NCBI GenBank assembly: GCA_964345245.1
Contig: CAYFQS010000001.1
Coordinates: forward strand, 1 to 38,554
Length of the DNA stretch: 38,554 bases
DNA from: an uncultured Planctomycetaceae bacterium
GTDB lineage: Bacteria > Planctomycetota > Phycisphaerae > Phycisphaerales > Zrk34
Direction of reading: 5' to 3'
The notes below the pieces were generated by a model. The model had not been told where the DNA came from. It ran no database searches and saw only the letters and a program-made list of their open reading frames with translations. A program made the translations under genes and the position numbers. The stretch's first letter is position 1, and every line of letters starts with the position of its first letter. Below, piece after piece: positions 1-9,055 of the stretch.

Positions 1-199
1 GGAGACCGACGCCCGTCCGAGGCCGGCCCCCCCCCCGCCGATCGCCGTACCGACGCCGTAACGCCGCGGCCCACCGCGCTTCCGCGAGGGCGGGATGGAT
101 CGCACGCGCCCGGCGCCCGCTGAAGCGGAGAGGCCCCGGAAGACCGCGGTGAGTCGCCGATCCGGACCTGCGCTGAAGCCCCGGTCCGGCTTGGCTTAC

Positions 200-451
200 T
201 CCGGGCGTCTGGGCGATGGGATAGCGGGCGGCGAAGGCCATGACCAGCGTCGCGAGGGCGGCGGAGAGACACGTCGCGGTCATCACCGCGCCGAAGTCCA
301 TGCCGCTGTCGAAGCCGAACATCGTCCCGCTGAGAATAGCCGGCTGCACCACGATGATGTACGCCATGGTCAGAAACGTGGTGACGCCGGCGAGAACTTC
401 GGTGCGAACGTTGGTGTGGTGTTCGGAGAGTCGAAAGATGCGCTCAAGCAA
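200..451 (-). pseudogene. N-terminal remnant of an NCS2-family (adenine/guanine/hypoxanthine-type) permease
   Basis: Minus-strand frame starts at TTG 451, immediately after an in-frame TGA. It reads LLERIFRLSEHHTNVRTEVLAGVTTFLTMAYIIVVQPAILS...FGAVMTATCLSAALATLVMAFAARYPIAQTPG, the typical N-terminus of PbuG/YicO-type permeases. Family similarity is lost after about 84 codons, where PGMGLNAFF would be expected, although the frame stays open to position 1. It is absent from the ORF track because it runs off the edge. Confidence 0.45.
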
Positions 452-486
452 GGCGAATCGTCATTACCGTGCAATGGCGGAGAAGG

Positions 487-1530
487 TCAGAACTGCACGG
501 GCAGCCCCTCGGCCTTCCACTTCTCGATCAGCAACTGGAACTCGGTCAGGGCGTCCGAGAGCCGGTCGGCCGCGTCTTCCAGCGAGTTGTACAGCGCCGG
601 GTCGTCGAGCAGCTTGCCCAGCGTTCCCTCGCCCTGGCGGGCCGCGGCCAGCGCTCCCTCGAGCTCCTGCAGCGTGGCGCTGATATCGTCCGCCACGGCG
701 ACGTATCGCCGGCTCAGCGTGTCGAGCTTCTCCCGGATGTCGGCGCTGAGGGTCTTGACCTCCTCGTCGACGGTGGCGGTCATCGAGCGGGCGTTGGCGG
801 CGGCGGCGCGGATGTCGGCCCGGAACTGCTCGTCGCCGACGATCTCCCTGAACCCCCGCACCACAGGGGCGAGCTCCTTCAATCGTTGATCGGCGCGGAC
901 GATGAGGGTGTAGATGTTGGGCTGGACACGGCCGGCCTCGATGTCCGCCGGGTCGGATCGCTCCAGCAGACCGTTTACTCTCCGGCCGATCTCGCGATAC
1001 TCGTTGACGAACTGCTGCACGTCGCCGGCCACGTCGACAACCTTGTCCGCCGCGTCCGCGAAGCGCGAGAGCTGCTCGCGGAACTCGCTTCGAATCTGCT
1101 CGCCCAGCGAGGTCGCCCGGCCTTCCACCACGGCGCTGCCGTCTTTGGCGAGGTACTCGATGGGCTCGTCGGCTTCGGCCGGTTCGGTCTGGATCGACAG
1201 CGTGGCCCCGCCGCCGAGCGGGCCGACGGACGCGACCGCGTCGGCGCCGCTGGGCACCGCGACTTCAGCGCGGATCACCCCGATCACCTTCACGCCTTTC
1301 CGCGGGTCGTCCTGCAGCACGATGCGGTCGACATAGCCGATGTCGATGCCGTTGAGATTGATGCGGCTGCCGTCGGCCAGGCCGTTTGCCCGATCGAGCG
1401 GGAACGTGATCTCGTAGTTGTCTTTTACCCATCCGGGCACCTCGCCGAAAATGAAGATGAGATACCCCAGGCCGGCCAGGCCGACGATGGCGGTGAGCCC
1501 GACGAGGATGTTGCGGCTGCGCTCGGTCAT
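487..1530 (-). CDS. MCE/MlaD-family substrate-binding protein (N-terminal TM anchor, MCE domain, C-terminal coiled coil)
   Basis: 347-aa ORF. TM anchor is ILVGLTAIVGLAGLGYLIFIFG. MCE-type core is GLADGSRINLNGIDIGYVDRIVL...VKVIGVIRAEV. The ATG overlaps the upstream ATPase stop in an ATGA junction at 1527-1530. Confidence 0.85.
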   Translation of the reverse strand: MTERSRNILVGLTAIVGLAGLGYLIFIFGEVPGWVKDNYEITFPLDRANGLADGSRINLNGIDIGYVDRIVLQDDPRKGVKVIGVIRAEVAVPSGADAVASVGPLGGGATLSIQTEPAEADEPIEYLAKDGSAVVEGRATSLGEQIRSEFREQLSRFADAADKVVDVAGDVQQFVNEYREIGRRVNGLLERSDPADIEAGRVQPNIYTLIVRADQRLKELAPVVRGFREIVGDEQFRADIRAAAANARSMTATVDEEVKTLSADIREKLDTLSRRYVAVADDISATLQELEGALAAARQGEGTLGKLLDDPALYNSLEDAADRLSDALTEFQLLIEKWKAEGLPVQF

Positions 1531-2345
1531 GAGGAGTCACCGCCGAAGGGCTGGGCGGTTTCCGCGGCGATCTTCTCCAGTTCCCCTTCGTCCGCCTCGC
1601 CCCGGATGAATCGCCGCACCATCGGATTTTCCGAATTCTGAATCTCGTCCGGCGTGCCGTCGGCGATGATGCGGCCATCGTAGAGCATGACCAATCGGTC
1701 GGCAATCTTGTAGGCGCTGGCCATGTCGTGCGTTACCGCGATGCTCGTGACGTTCAGCTTCCGCTGCAGACGCAGAATGAGTTCGTTGATCACGTCGGCC
1801 CGGATCGGGTCGAGGCCGGTGGTCGGTTCGTCGTAAAGAATAAACCGCGGTTCGAGGGCGATCGCCCGGGCGAGGGCGATGCGCTTGCGCTGCCCGCCGC
1901 TGAGCTGAGCGGGCATCTTCCGCTCCATCCCGCCGAGCCCGACCAGCCGCAGCACCTGATCGCAGCGGTCGCGCTGCTCCTCGCCGCTCATCGGCGTGTG
2001 CTCGCCCAGCGGGAAGCAGACGTTCTCCGCCACCGTCATCGAATCGAACAGCGCGCCCATCTGGAAAAGGAAGCCGAACTGTGTGCGGACCTCGACGAAC
2101 TCGGACTCGCTGAGCGTGTCCACGCGTTGATCATCAATATAGACTTCGCCCCGGTCCGGCCTCAGCAACCCCACGATGATCTTGAGCAGCACGCTCTTGC
2201 CCGTGCCCGACGGCCCGAGCACGACGGTGGTGCGGCTCTCGTGGAAATCAAGATCGATCCCCTCCAGCACCCGCAGCGAGCCGAAGGACTTGTGGATGCC
2301 CTTCAGGCGAATGATCGCGTCGGATTGTGCGTCGGCGGATGACAT
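1527..2345 (-). CDS. ABC transporter ATP-binding protein, MlaF-like
   Basis: Walker A GPSGTGKS, signature LSGGQRKR, Walker B ILYDEPTTGLD, H-loop VTHD. I prefer the ATG at 2345 (MSSADAQSDAIIRLKG) over the ORF-track start at 2390, because a TGcTAAGAT element sits 8 nt upstream of 2345. Confidence 0.9.
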   Translation of the reverse strand: MSSADAQSDAIIRLKGIHKSFGSLRVLEGIDLDFHESRTTVVLGPSGTGKSVLLKIIVGLLRPDRGEVYIDDQRVDTLSESEFVEVRTQFGFLFQMGALFDSMTVAENVCFPLGEHTPMSGEEQRDRCDQVLRLVGLGGMERKMPAQLSGGQRKRIALARAIALEPRFILYDEPTTGLDPIRADVINELILRLQRKLNVTSIAVTHDMASAYKIADRLVMLYDGRIIADGTPDEIQNSENPMVRRFIRGEADEGELEKIAAETAQPFGGDSS

Positions 2346-2353
2346 CCGCTTAG

Positions 2354-2362
2354 ATCTTAGCA
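2354..2362 (-). promoter_or_regulatory. Extended -10-like element TGcTAAGAT, 8 nt upstream of the MlaF-like ATG (candidate leaderless promoter)
   Basis: Minus strand reads gtgTGcTAAGATctaagcggATG. The only purine-rich SD-like run (GGAGGAGG, 2369-2376) is 23 nt from the ATG, too far to act as an SD. Confidence 0.4.
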
Positions 2363-2480
2363 CACGCGCCTCCTCCGAATCACAGCGCATCGGTTGGCCG
2401 CAACCCGACGGGGAGCGAACCCGTTGGCGGATTGCGAACGGCCGGTCACGCGCTGCCGCGCGGTCGCGACCAAACCCGGA

Positions 2481-3581
2481 TCACTCGAAGAACTCGCGGA
2501 TTGCGCCGGCGACTTCTTCCTGTTGCGTCGCGGTCAGGTCCGGATAGATCGGCAAACTCAGCACCTCGCGGCAGGCCCGCTCCGACTCCGGCAGGTCGCC
2601 CTCGCGGCAGCCGAGCTCGGCGAAGCACGGCTGAAGGTGCAGCGGGATCGGATAGTACACCCGGCAGCCGATCTCGACCTCCCGCAGGCAGGCGGCCAAC
2701 TCATCGCGGCGATCGCTGCGGATCGTGTACTGGTTGTAGACGTGGAAGCAGCCCTCCGCGGCCTGCGGCAACTGGATCGGCAAACCCTCGAGCAGTTCGT
2801 GATACCGGCAGGCCCGCTCCCGGCGGGCGGCCGCGTACTCCTCCAGATGCCGCAGCTTGATGTTCAGCACCGCCGCCTGCATCGCGTCGAGACGGAAGTT
2901 CCCACCCACCATCGTATGCTGGTACTCGCCCGCCTCGCCGTGCAGGCGGAGACAGCGGATGCGCTCGGCCAGCGCCTCGTCATCGGTGGTGCACAGCCCC
3001 GCGTCGCCGAAGGCGCCGAGGTTCTTGGTCGGGTAGAAGCTGTGGGCGCCGAGATGTCCGAGCGATCCGGCCGGGCGATCGTGATAGCGGGCGCCGATGG
3101 CCTGGGCGGCGTCCTCGATCACCGTGATCCCGCGGACGCCGGCGAGACGGTTGATCTGGTCCATCTCGGCGCACTGGCCGAACAGGTGCACCGGGATCAC
3201 CGCCCGGGTGCGGTCGGTCATCGCGGCGCCGGCCGCGTCAGGGTCGATATTGAACGTCGCCGGGTCGATGTCGACAAACACCGGCTTCGCCCCGACGCGG
3301 GCGACCACCCCCGCCGTGGCGAAGAAGGTGAACGACGGCACGATCACCTCGTCGCCCGGTCCGATGTCGAGGGCCATCAGGGCCACGAGCAGCGCGTCGG
3401 TCCCGCTCGAGACGCCCACCGCGTGTTTGACGCCGCAGTAGTTCGCGGTCGCGGCCTCGAAATCCAGCGCCGGCCGGCCGAGCACGAACCGCCCGGAGTC
3501 AACGATCTCTTCGATGGCGGCGAGCACTTCGCTGCGAATCGCCCCGTGCTGCCGCGACGTGTCCAGTAGGGGAACAGGCAT
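2481..3581 (-). CDS. DegT/DnrJ/EryC1/StrS-family PLP-dependent sugar aminotransferase
   Basis: Motifs GVSSGTDALLVALMAL, GDEVIVPSFTFFATAG, VIEDAAQAIG and FYPTKNLGAFGDAG (PLP lysine). ATG at 3581 (MPVPLLD); a GTG at 3587 is the alternative start. Confidence 0.9.
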   Translation of the reverse strand: MPVPLLDTSRQHGAIRSEVLAAIEEIVDSGRFVLGRPALDFEAATANYCGVKHAVGVSSGTDALLVALMALDIGPGDEVIVPSFTFFATAGVVARVGAKPVFVDIDPATFNIDPDAAGAAMTDRTRAVIPVHLFGQCAEMDQINRLAGVRGITVIEDAAQAIGARYHDRPAGSLGHLGAHSFYPTKNLGAFGDAGLCTTDDEALAERIRCLRLHGEAGEYQHTMVGGNFRLDAMQAAVLNIKLRHLEEYAAARRERACRYHELLEGLPIQLPQAAEGCFHVYNQYTIRSDRRDELAACLREVEIGCRVYYPIPLHLQPCFAELGCREGDLPESERACREVLSLPIYPDLTATQQEEVAGAIREFFE

Positions 3582-3587
3582 GATCAC

Positions 3588-3593
3588 AGGTTA
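3588..3593 (-). promoter_or_regulatory. -10-like hexamer TAACCT, 6 nt upstream of the DegT ATG
   Basis: Minus strand reads ggTAACCTgtgatcATG, with no SD. This is the weakest member of the recurring TANNNT-N6-9-ATG pattern. Confidence 0.25.
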
Positions 3594-3705
3594 CCGGGCA
3601 ACGCCGGTCAGTGGAAGGGACCGAGGCCCGGAAGAAGTGCTCCCCAAGCCCGGTCATGGTCGGCGGAGCGTCCGCGCCGCAGGCCTTGGCCGGGATTGCG
3701 TGCGC

Positions 3706-5682
3706 CTATTTCCGCTCGATGCGGGATTCGAGTTGTTGTGGTTGCCGCTGTTCCGTTTCGGCGGGCTGCCCGGCGGCGGCCCGTTGCCGGCGGTAATCGG
3801 CCATGCCCTCGGGCTCGGGAAAGGCGCGCTCGGGGTCGATGCCGATCGTCCCGGCCTGCTCGTAGAGCTGGGTCCTGATCCGGTCGTAGACCTTTCGCCG
3901 CAGTGAGCCGGGCGCGTTGTTCCACACCCGCGCCTTCTCGAGCGGATTGCGGGCGCCCGGCGGCAGGAGCATGTACCGCTGAAACGCGTCGGCCACCATC
4001 TGGTTGAACGGCGGCAGGCCCATCCGCCGACGCGGCGCGTTCGGCGTCGGGTCTTCCCACTTGCGGTCGTACCACGCGTGCAGGCGATCCGCCTGGGTGA
4101 ACAGCCGATTGGCCAACTCCACCCGCCCGTTGCGCAGCCCTTCGTCGATCGCCTGGATGACAAAGTTGCTCACCGCGCTGCGGGCGTCGTCGAGCGAGCC
4201 GAGCTCTTCGGTCACCGCGCTGAGTACGAACTCATCGAGCGGCTGGGCGTAACGGGCCATGCGGTCGCCCCCCTCGCCGCTGTACATCTCCCGGACCCGG
4301 GCGTAGAGCTCCGACGCCTTCTCCTTGTTGCCGTAGAAATACGACAGCCGGATCGACCAGATGAGGAAGTTCTCATGCCCGGCCATGAAGCTCTCCGGCG
4401 CGGCGGACTCCTGCAGGTACTTTGTGGTCACCCGATCAGGCGTCTCGAAGAGCAACTTCTCGTAGGACTCGATGAACCGCGGGTCGGGAAGCTGGGAGTA
4501 GTAGCCGCTCACGGGGTCGAAGGTGACGTGGCCGTTGTGCGTCAGGGCCTGGGCGGCGTGGAGGGCCTGGCGGTAGTTATTCAGCAGGTCGAGGCCCTTG
4601 GTGTCCAGGTGGCGCAGTTTCTCGGACACCCGGTCGCCGAGGTAGGTCCAGTACATGCCGTGCGAGGCCGGATGACGCCAGTCGAGCGGGCCGATCTCCT
4701 CCATGAGCTCGAGCATGAATGACGGGTCCATGTGGTAGGTCTTGTGCAACACGCGGGCCCGCAGGAAGTTCATCAGGTCGGCACGGGTCTGCTCGATGTC
4801 GGCCCGCCGGAGCCAGTGGCGAAGCTCGTCGGCATGCTCGCCGGTGTCCAGGCGCTGGAGCACGCGGTCGACCATCGCGCCGTCGGCGGATCGCAACACC
4901 GCCCGGATGAACCCGAGCCGCTTGAGCAGCCGCACGTCCATCTTGAACCCGAGTGACCGGAACCTGTCCACCGACTCTTCCGCCTCGGGATGGTCGTCAA
5001 GGAACGCCTGGAGGGGATCGGCCTCGGAGTCTTCGCGGTCGGGGTCGACGTACTGTTCGTACATCTCGGCCACGGGGCGGAAGGCGTCAATGACCTGCTC
5101 GGTCGAGCCCGCGGGCGGCTGGTCGAGGATGCGGTGCCATTCCTCGGCCAGCTTCCGCTTGTAGTACCAGTGCATGTCGTCGGAGAACTGGCCGATCTTG
5201 TGGATGAAAATCCACGCCAGCTCCTTGTAGAGCTGGATGCTGAAGGGGTTGGTGGGGATGCCCTTCTCGCGAAGCAGGTCCACGCCGCTGCTCACCCACA
5301 TCCACCGCTCCTCGGGGGTGTGGGTCATGACGGACATGTTGTAGGCCATGTCCCAGGCGCGGAAGGCCCAGACCTGGGGGAAGCGTGGCTGGAGGGTCGT
5401 GATCATCTCACTGAGCTGGCGGGCTTCGTAGAGCTTGCCCTCCTGCTTCATGTTGGTCACGCGGGCCCACAGCACGTCGACGGACAATCCGCGGAAGCTG
5501 CCGAGGGCGGCCTGGGTGAAGGCGATCTCCGGCGGCATGTTCTCCAGCACGTCCGGGTGCACGGTGATCTGGAGCGCTTCGCGTTGCTGGTTGATCGGAT
5601 CAACCAGCAACGCCGCCCCCGTCAACGACACGACGCTGACGGCGAGGCAGAGCATGATGATGATACGGTTTCTGGAAGACAT
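3706..5682 (-). CDS. Hypothetical N-terminally membrane-anchored protein (658 aa, Trp/Tyr-rich, mostly helical in appearance); last gene of the SPFH/ABC operon
   Basis: Anchor is IIIMLCLAVSVVSLTGAALLV. High GC3 coding frame. Starts 15 nt after the permease stop. I recognise no family. Confidence 0.7.
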   Translation of the reverse strand: MSSRNRIIIMLCLAVSVVSLTGAALLVDPINQQREALQITVHPDVLENMPPEIAFTQAALGSFRGLSVDVLWARVTNMKQEGKLYEARQLSEMITTLQPRFPQVWAFRAWDMAYNMSVMTHTPEERWMWVSSGVDLLREKGIPTNPFSIQLYKELAWIFIHKIGQFSDDMHWYYKRKLAEEWHRILDQPPAGSTEQVIDAFRPVAEMYEQYVDPDREDSEADPLQAFLDDHPEAEESVDRFRSLGFKMDVRLLKRLGFIRAVLRSADGAMVDRVLQRLDTGEHADELRHWLRRADIEQTRADLMNFLRARVLHKTYHMDPSFMLELMEEIGPLDWRHPASHGMYWTYLGDRVSEKLRHLDTKGLDLLNNYRQALHAAQALTHNGHVTFDPVSGYYSQLPDPRFIESYEKLLFETPDRVTTKYLQESAAPESFMAGHENFLIWSIRLSYFYGNKEKASELYARVREMYSGEGGDRMARYAQPLDEFVLSAVTEELGSLDDARSAVSNFVIQAIDEGLRNGRVELANRLFTQADRLHAWYDRKWEDPTPNAPRRRMGLPPFNQMVADAFQRYMLLPPGARNPLEKARVWNNAPGSLRRKVYDRIRTQLYEQAGTIGIDPERAFPEPEGMADYRRQRAAAGQPAETEQRQPQQLESRIERK

Positions 5683-5697
5683 CGTTGGTTCGTCGAT

Positions 5698-7749
5698 TCA
5701 CACCTGCACGCGGGCGAGTTCGCGGACGCGGAAGATCAGCCAGCCCACCGTGAGCGTCAGGCCGGTCCACACCAGGCCGATCCACCCGAGACAGCGGGCC
5801 ACGGTTAACCACGATACGAGCCGGCCCTCGACCACGTTCGTGATCACGTCGTACTGCCCGAACTGCCGCAGCGCGGTGACGAAGCTGTAGCCGAGCCATT
5901 TGACTGCGATTTCGAGGTAGGACACGTCGGGCGAGTTCGGGTTGCCGAAGTACTTGAGCGAGTCGAGGAAGTACTCGCTCATCGCCGCCCCGCCGAAGAT
6001 GAGAAACGCGAGCATGCAGGCGACGGGGAACGAGAGGAACGTCGCGGTGGCCAGGCCGAGCATGGCCAGGAACATCAGCTTCACCGCGATCACGCCGAAG
6101 GCGCGGAGGAAGTTCGGCCCGAAACTGTCGACCTGGTAGAGCACCTCCAGCCCTTCCTTTTCGGGAAAGCTGATCGTTGAGCCGAGGTGCGCGTTCGGGT
6201 TCGATGGGTTGTAGTTGGCGATGGTGATCTCCAGCCGACCATCCTCGCCAATCGCCTGAACGGGGATGGGCATGACCTGGAACTGGTCGACGGGGCTGAC
6301 GAAGGGCATGAGCCGACCATTGACCAGGGCGGTGACCCGGATCATGTTGTCGTCCGGCCGCTTCGAGGCATTGAGCTTGTAGCGAATCTGGACGAAATCG
6401 CCGTGATCCCGGGCGCGGTTGAGGTTCTCGAAGATGTAGGTTTCACGCTCGTAGGGACCGATGCTCCACCACTGCTTCCGGACGCGCTCGAGCACCTGGG
6501 CGCGGGCGCGTTCGAGTCCGAGTTGCTGCTGCAATTCGCGGGGCGGGGAAAGCACGCCCTGCTGGACCGCGGCCTCCTCGCCGAGGGAGAGGATATCGCC
6601 GGGGCTGTCCTGCATCATTTCCTCGAGCCGCTCCCGGGCGCGGACCTCGAAGGGTTGTGGCGGATGCGGGCGCTGGGCCACGCGGGCGGTGAGCACCTCC
6701 TCGCGGATCGCCCCGCGGTCATGGGCGTCGTTGGCCGGCAGACCGGTCAGGTAGAAGGTGGTGAATCCGTAGATCGCCAGCCCCACCACCGCGAGCAGCA
6801 CGCAGTTGAACAACGTGATTCCGACCCACTTGCCGAGCAGGTAGGTCCCCCGGCCGATGGGTTTCACGGCCACGGTGAAGATCTGCCGATTCGCCACCTC
6901 GCTGCTCAGCGTGTTGCAGGCGACGAAGATCGTCATGAGCGAGAGCAGCACGTACGTTGCGAGCATCGACCAGCCGAGGAACTGTTGAATTCGGTACCGC
7001 AGCGGCTGATCCTCGGTGAGCATCAGCGGGAGCATGGGCAGGATGAGCAGCAGCAGCGCGACGAAGACCACGGCGAGCTTCATCCGCATGGCCTCATCGA
7101 TGACGGTCCGGGCCACGCCGAACACCCGCCGCACGTCGATGATGTTGAACACGACCAGCAGCGCCGCGACCAGCAGCACCACGGCGACGGCGACGAGGGC
7201 GAGGCGATCGCCGCTGACGGCGAGACCGGCCTCGGTGAAGGCCCCACGGAAGAAGAAGGCGATGGGCACGCAAGCGATTGCGGCGAGCAATCCGGCGATC
7301 ACGTACGGCGCCTTGTCCACCGACAAAGCCAGGCGACTCAGAGCGACAAGAACGAGGAAGACCCACACCAGCAACTGGGCGGAGGCGAAAGCGATGCCGA
7401 ACCCGGTCGCGGCAAGGGTGATGCCGGTCGCAGCGGCGAACAGCCCATGCAACCCCGCCTGCAGCAGGGCGAGGGCAAAGAACACCGCCGCGCCGAGCCG
7501 CAGCCCGTGTTCGTAGCGGACCACGCGCCAGAGCCCGAGGCCCCCGAGCGCCGCGACGGGCAGGCCGATCACGGCCGCGATCACGCGTCCGTACCACGTC
7601 GCCGCGGGCGCCTGCCCCGCGGCGATCTCGAAGAGCACGTGGAACGCCCCGACCACGACGAGTCCGACCACGGCGATCGCGGTCCAGATCATGGCCGGGC
7701 GAGGAGAACCTGCACGGCCGGAAGTCGAGATGTCCGGTATCGTCGTCAT
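5698..7749 (-). CDS. Large ABC-2-type permease with an extra N-terminal polytopic domain and a ~230-aa extracytoplasmic insert
   Basis: ABC-2 hallmark LSSEVANRQIFTVAVKPIGRGTYLLGKWVGI, flanked by many TM helices. The start is uncertain: ATG 7749 is chosen because it lies after the ATPase stop at 7793. ATG 7830 (38-nt overlap) and ATG 7692 are alternatives. Confidence 0.75.
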   Translation of the reverse strand: MTTIPDISTSGRAGSPRPAMIWTAIAVVGLVVVGAFHVLFEIAAGQAPAATWYGRVIAAVIGLPVAALGGLGLWRVVRYEHGLRLGAAVFFALALLQAGLHGLFAAATGITLAATGFGIAFASAQLLVWVFLVLVALSRLALSVDKAPYVIAGLLAAIACVPIAFFFRGAFTEAGLAVSGDRLALVAVAVVLLVAALLVVFNIIDVRRVFGVARTVIDEAMRMKLAVVFVALLLLILPMLPLMLTEDQPLRYRIQQFLGWSMLATYVLLSLMTIFVACNTLSSEVANRQIFTVAVKPIGRGTYLLGKWVGITLFNCVLLAVVGLAIYGFTTFYLTGLPANDAHDRGAIREEVLTARVAQRPHPPQPFEVRARERLEEMMQDSPGDILSLGEEAAVQQGVLSPPRELQQQLGLERARAQVLERVRKQWWSIGPYERETYIFENLNRARDHGDFVQIRYKLNASKRPDDNMIRVTALVNGRLMPFVSPVDQFQVMPIPVQAIGEDGRLEITIANYNPSNPNAHLGSTISFPEKEGLEVLYQVDSFGPNFLRAFGVIAVKLMFLAMLGLATATFLSFPVACMLAFLIFGGAAMSEYFLDSLKYFGNPNSPDVSYLEIAVKWLGYSFVTALRQFGQYDVITNVVEGRLVSWLTVARCLGWIGLVWTGLTLTVGWLIFRVRELARVQV

Positions 7750-7792
7750 GCTGATCGGAAAGACTGCTTCACGTGCACGGCTCCCGGCGCGG

Positions 7793-9010
7793 TCACTGTC
7801 TGTTCCTGTCCCCTCCGAGCAGATCGTCAATCACTTCGCGGTTTGCTTCGCGGTCTCGGGTTTCGCGCTCGTCCGATTCGGTGGCCTCGGATGCGTCCGC
7901 CGGCTCCTCGGACGACGGGGCGCCGGTGAGCTGGTCGATCACCTCCCGCTGGGGCGCCTCGGCGGCTTCCCGTTCGGTCGCGGCCGCTTCCGCGGTGGGC
8001 GCCGGGGCGGTCGACTCGGGGCCGGCGCCGGTCACGAGCCGGTCGATCAGGGCCTGGCCGTCCACTTCCTCGGGCAGGTGGGCGTCACGGACGAGGAAGC
8101 CGGCCATCGGGCCGCCGGCCCGGGCGCCGCTCGTGGCCGCGCCTTCGCTCTGGGCCCGATGCACGATGTCGAGAAACAGCTCCTCCAACCGTTGCCGCGG
8201 GGCGTCGATCTTCCGGATCGCCTTGCCCTCCTCGCGGTCGATGAGCTGGTCGATTTTCGTGATCGTCTCCGGCGACAGAGCGTCGGTCTCGATCAGACTC
8301 GAATCGCTCACCGCGAGCAGTTCGTCAACGGTGCCCTCGGCCCGCTTGCGCCCGCCGTAGAGAATGCTCACGCGGTCGCAGACGTCCTCCACGTCGGCGA
8401 GCAGGTGCGAGCTGAGCAGCACCGTCTTGCCGCGGTCGCGGAGTTCGCGGATGAGGTCCTTGATCTGCCGGGTGCCAATGGGATCGAGCCCGGTCGTCGG
8501 TTCGTCGAGGATGAGGATGTCGGGGTCGTTGATCAGGGCCTGGGCGAGACCGATGCGTCGCTGCATGCCCTTGGAGAACTCGCCGACCGGTCGGCGCTGC
8601 ACCGCCTCGAGGCCGACCATTTCGAGGAGCATGTCGATCCGCCGCTGGCGGGCGTGGCGGTCGAGATGGAACAGCCGGCCGTAGTAGTCCAGCGTCTCCC
8701 GCGCATTGAGGAATCGGTAGAGGTACGACTCTTCGGGCAGGTAGCCGAGGCGGCTCTTGATCGCCACGTCAGTGGGCAGCTTGCCGAGCACGCTGATCCG
8801 CCCGCGGGTGGGAAACAGCAGCCCGAGAATCATCTTGATGGTGGTCGACTTCCCCGATCCGTTGGGCCCAAGCAGCCCGAACACTTCCTGCGGATAGATA
8901 TCCACGTCGAGCGCGTCCACCGCGGTCACACGACTGCGGAGCCAGAAGTCCTTGAAAACCTTGGTCAGCGACCTGACCCCAATCACCGGTTGTCGAGCAT
9001 CACTCACCAT
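7793..9010 (-). CDS. ABC transporter ATP-binding protein with a ~115-aa acidic C-terminal tail
   Basis: Walker A GPNGSGKST, signature FSKGMQRR, Walker B ILILDEPTTGLD, H-loop SSHLL. SD GGAAGGA lies 7 nt upstream of the ATG. Confidence 0.9.
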   Translation of the reverse strand: MVSDARQPVIGVRSLTKVFKDFWLRSRVTAVDALDVDIYPQEVFGLLGPNGSGKSTTIKMILGLLFPTRGRISVLGKLPTDVAIKSRLGYLPEESYLYRFLNARETLDYYGRLFHLDRHARQRRIDMLLEMVGLEAVQRRPVGEFSKGMQRRIGLAQALINDPDILILDEPTTGLDPIGTRQIKDLIRELRDRGKTVLLSSHLLADVEDVCDRVSILYGGRKRAEGTVDELLAVSDSSLIETDALSPETITKIDQLIDREEGKAIRKIDAPRQRLEELFLDIVHRAQSEGAATSGARAGGPMAGFLVRDAHLPEEVDGQALIDRLVTGAGPESTAPAPTAEAAATEREAAEAPQREVIDQLTGAPSSEEPADASEATESDERETRDREANREVIDDLLGGDRNRQ

Positions 9011-9055
9011 CAGGCGTTCCTTCCGACATCTGACCTTCGTTTTCCGAACTCGCCC

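Noticed and set aside
2369-2376. GGAGGAGG as the Shine-Dalgarno for the MlaF-like gene, or as support for the ORF-track start at 2390.
   Set aside because: It lies 23 nt from ATG 2345 and is downstream of ATG 2390. The residues between 2390 and 2345 (MRCDSEEARVLRSKR) are not part of the ABC fold.
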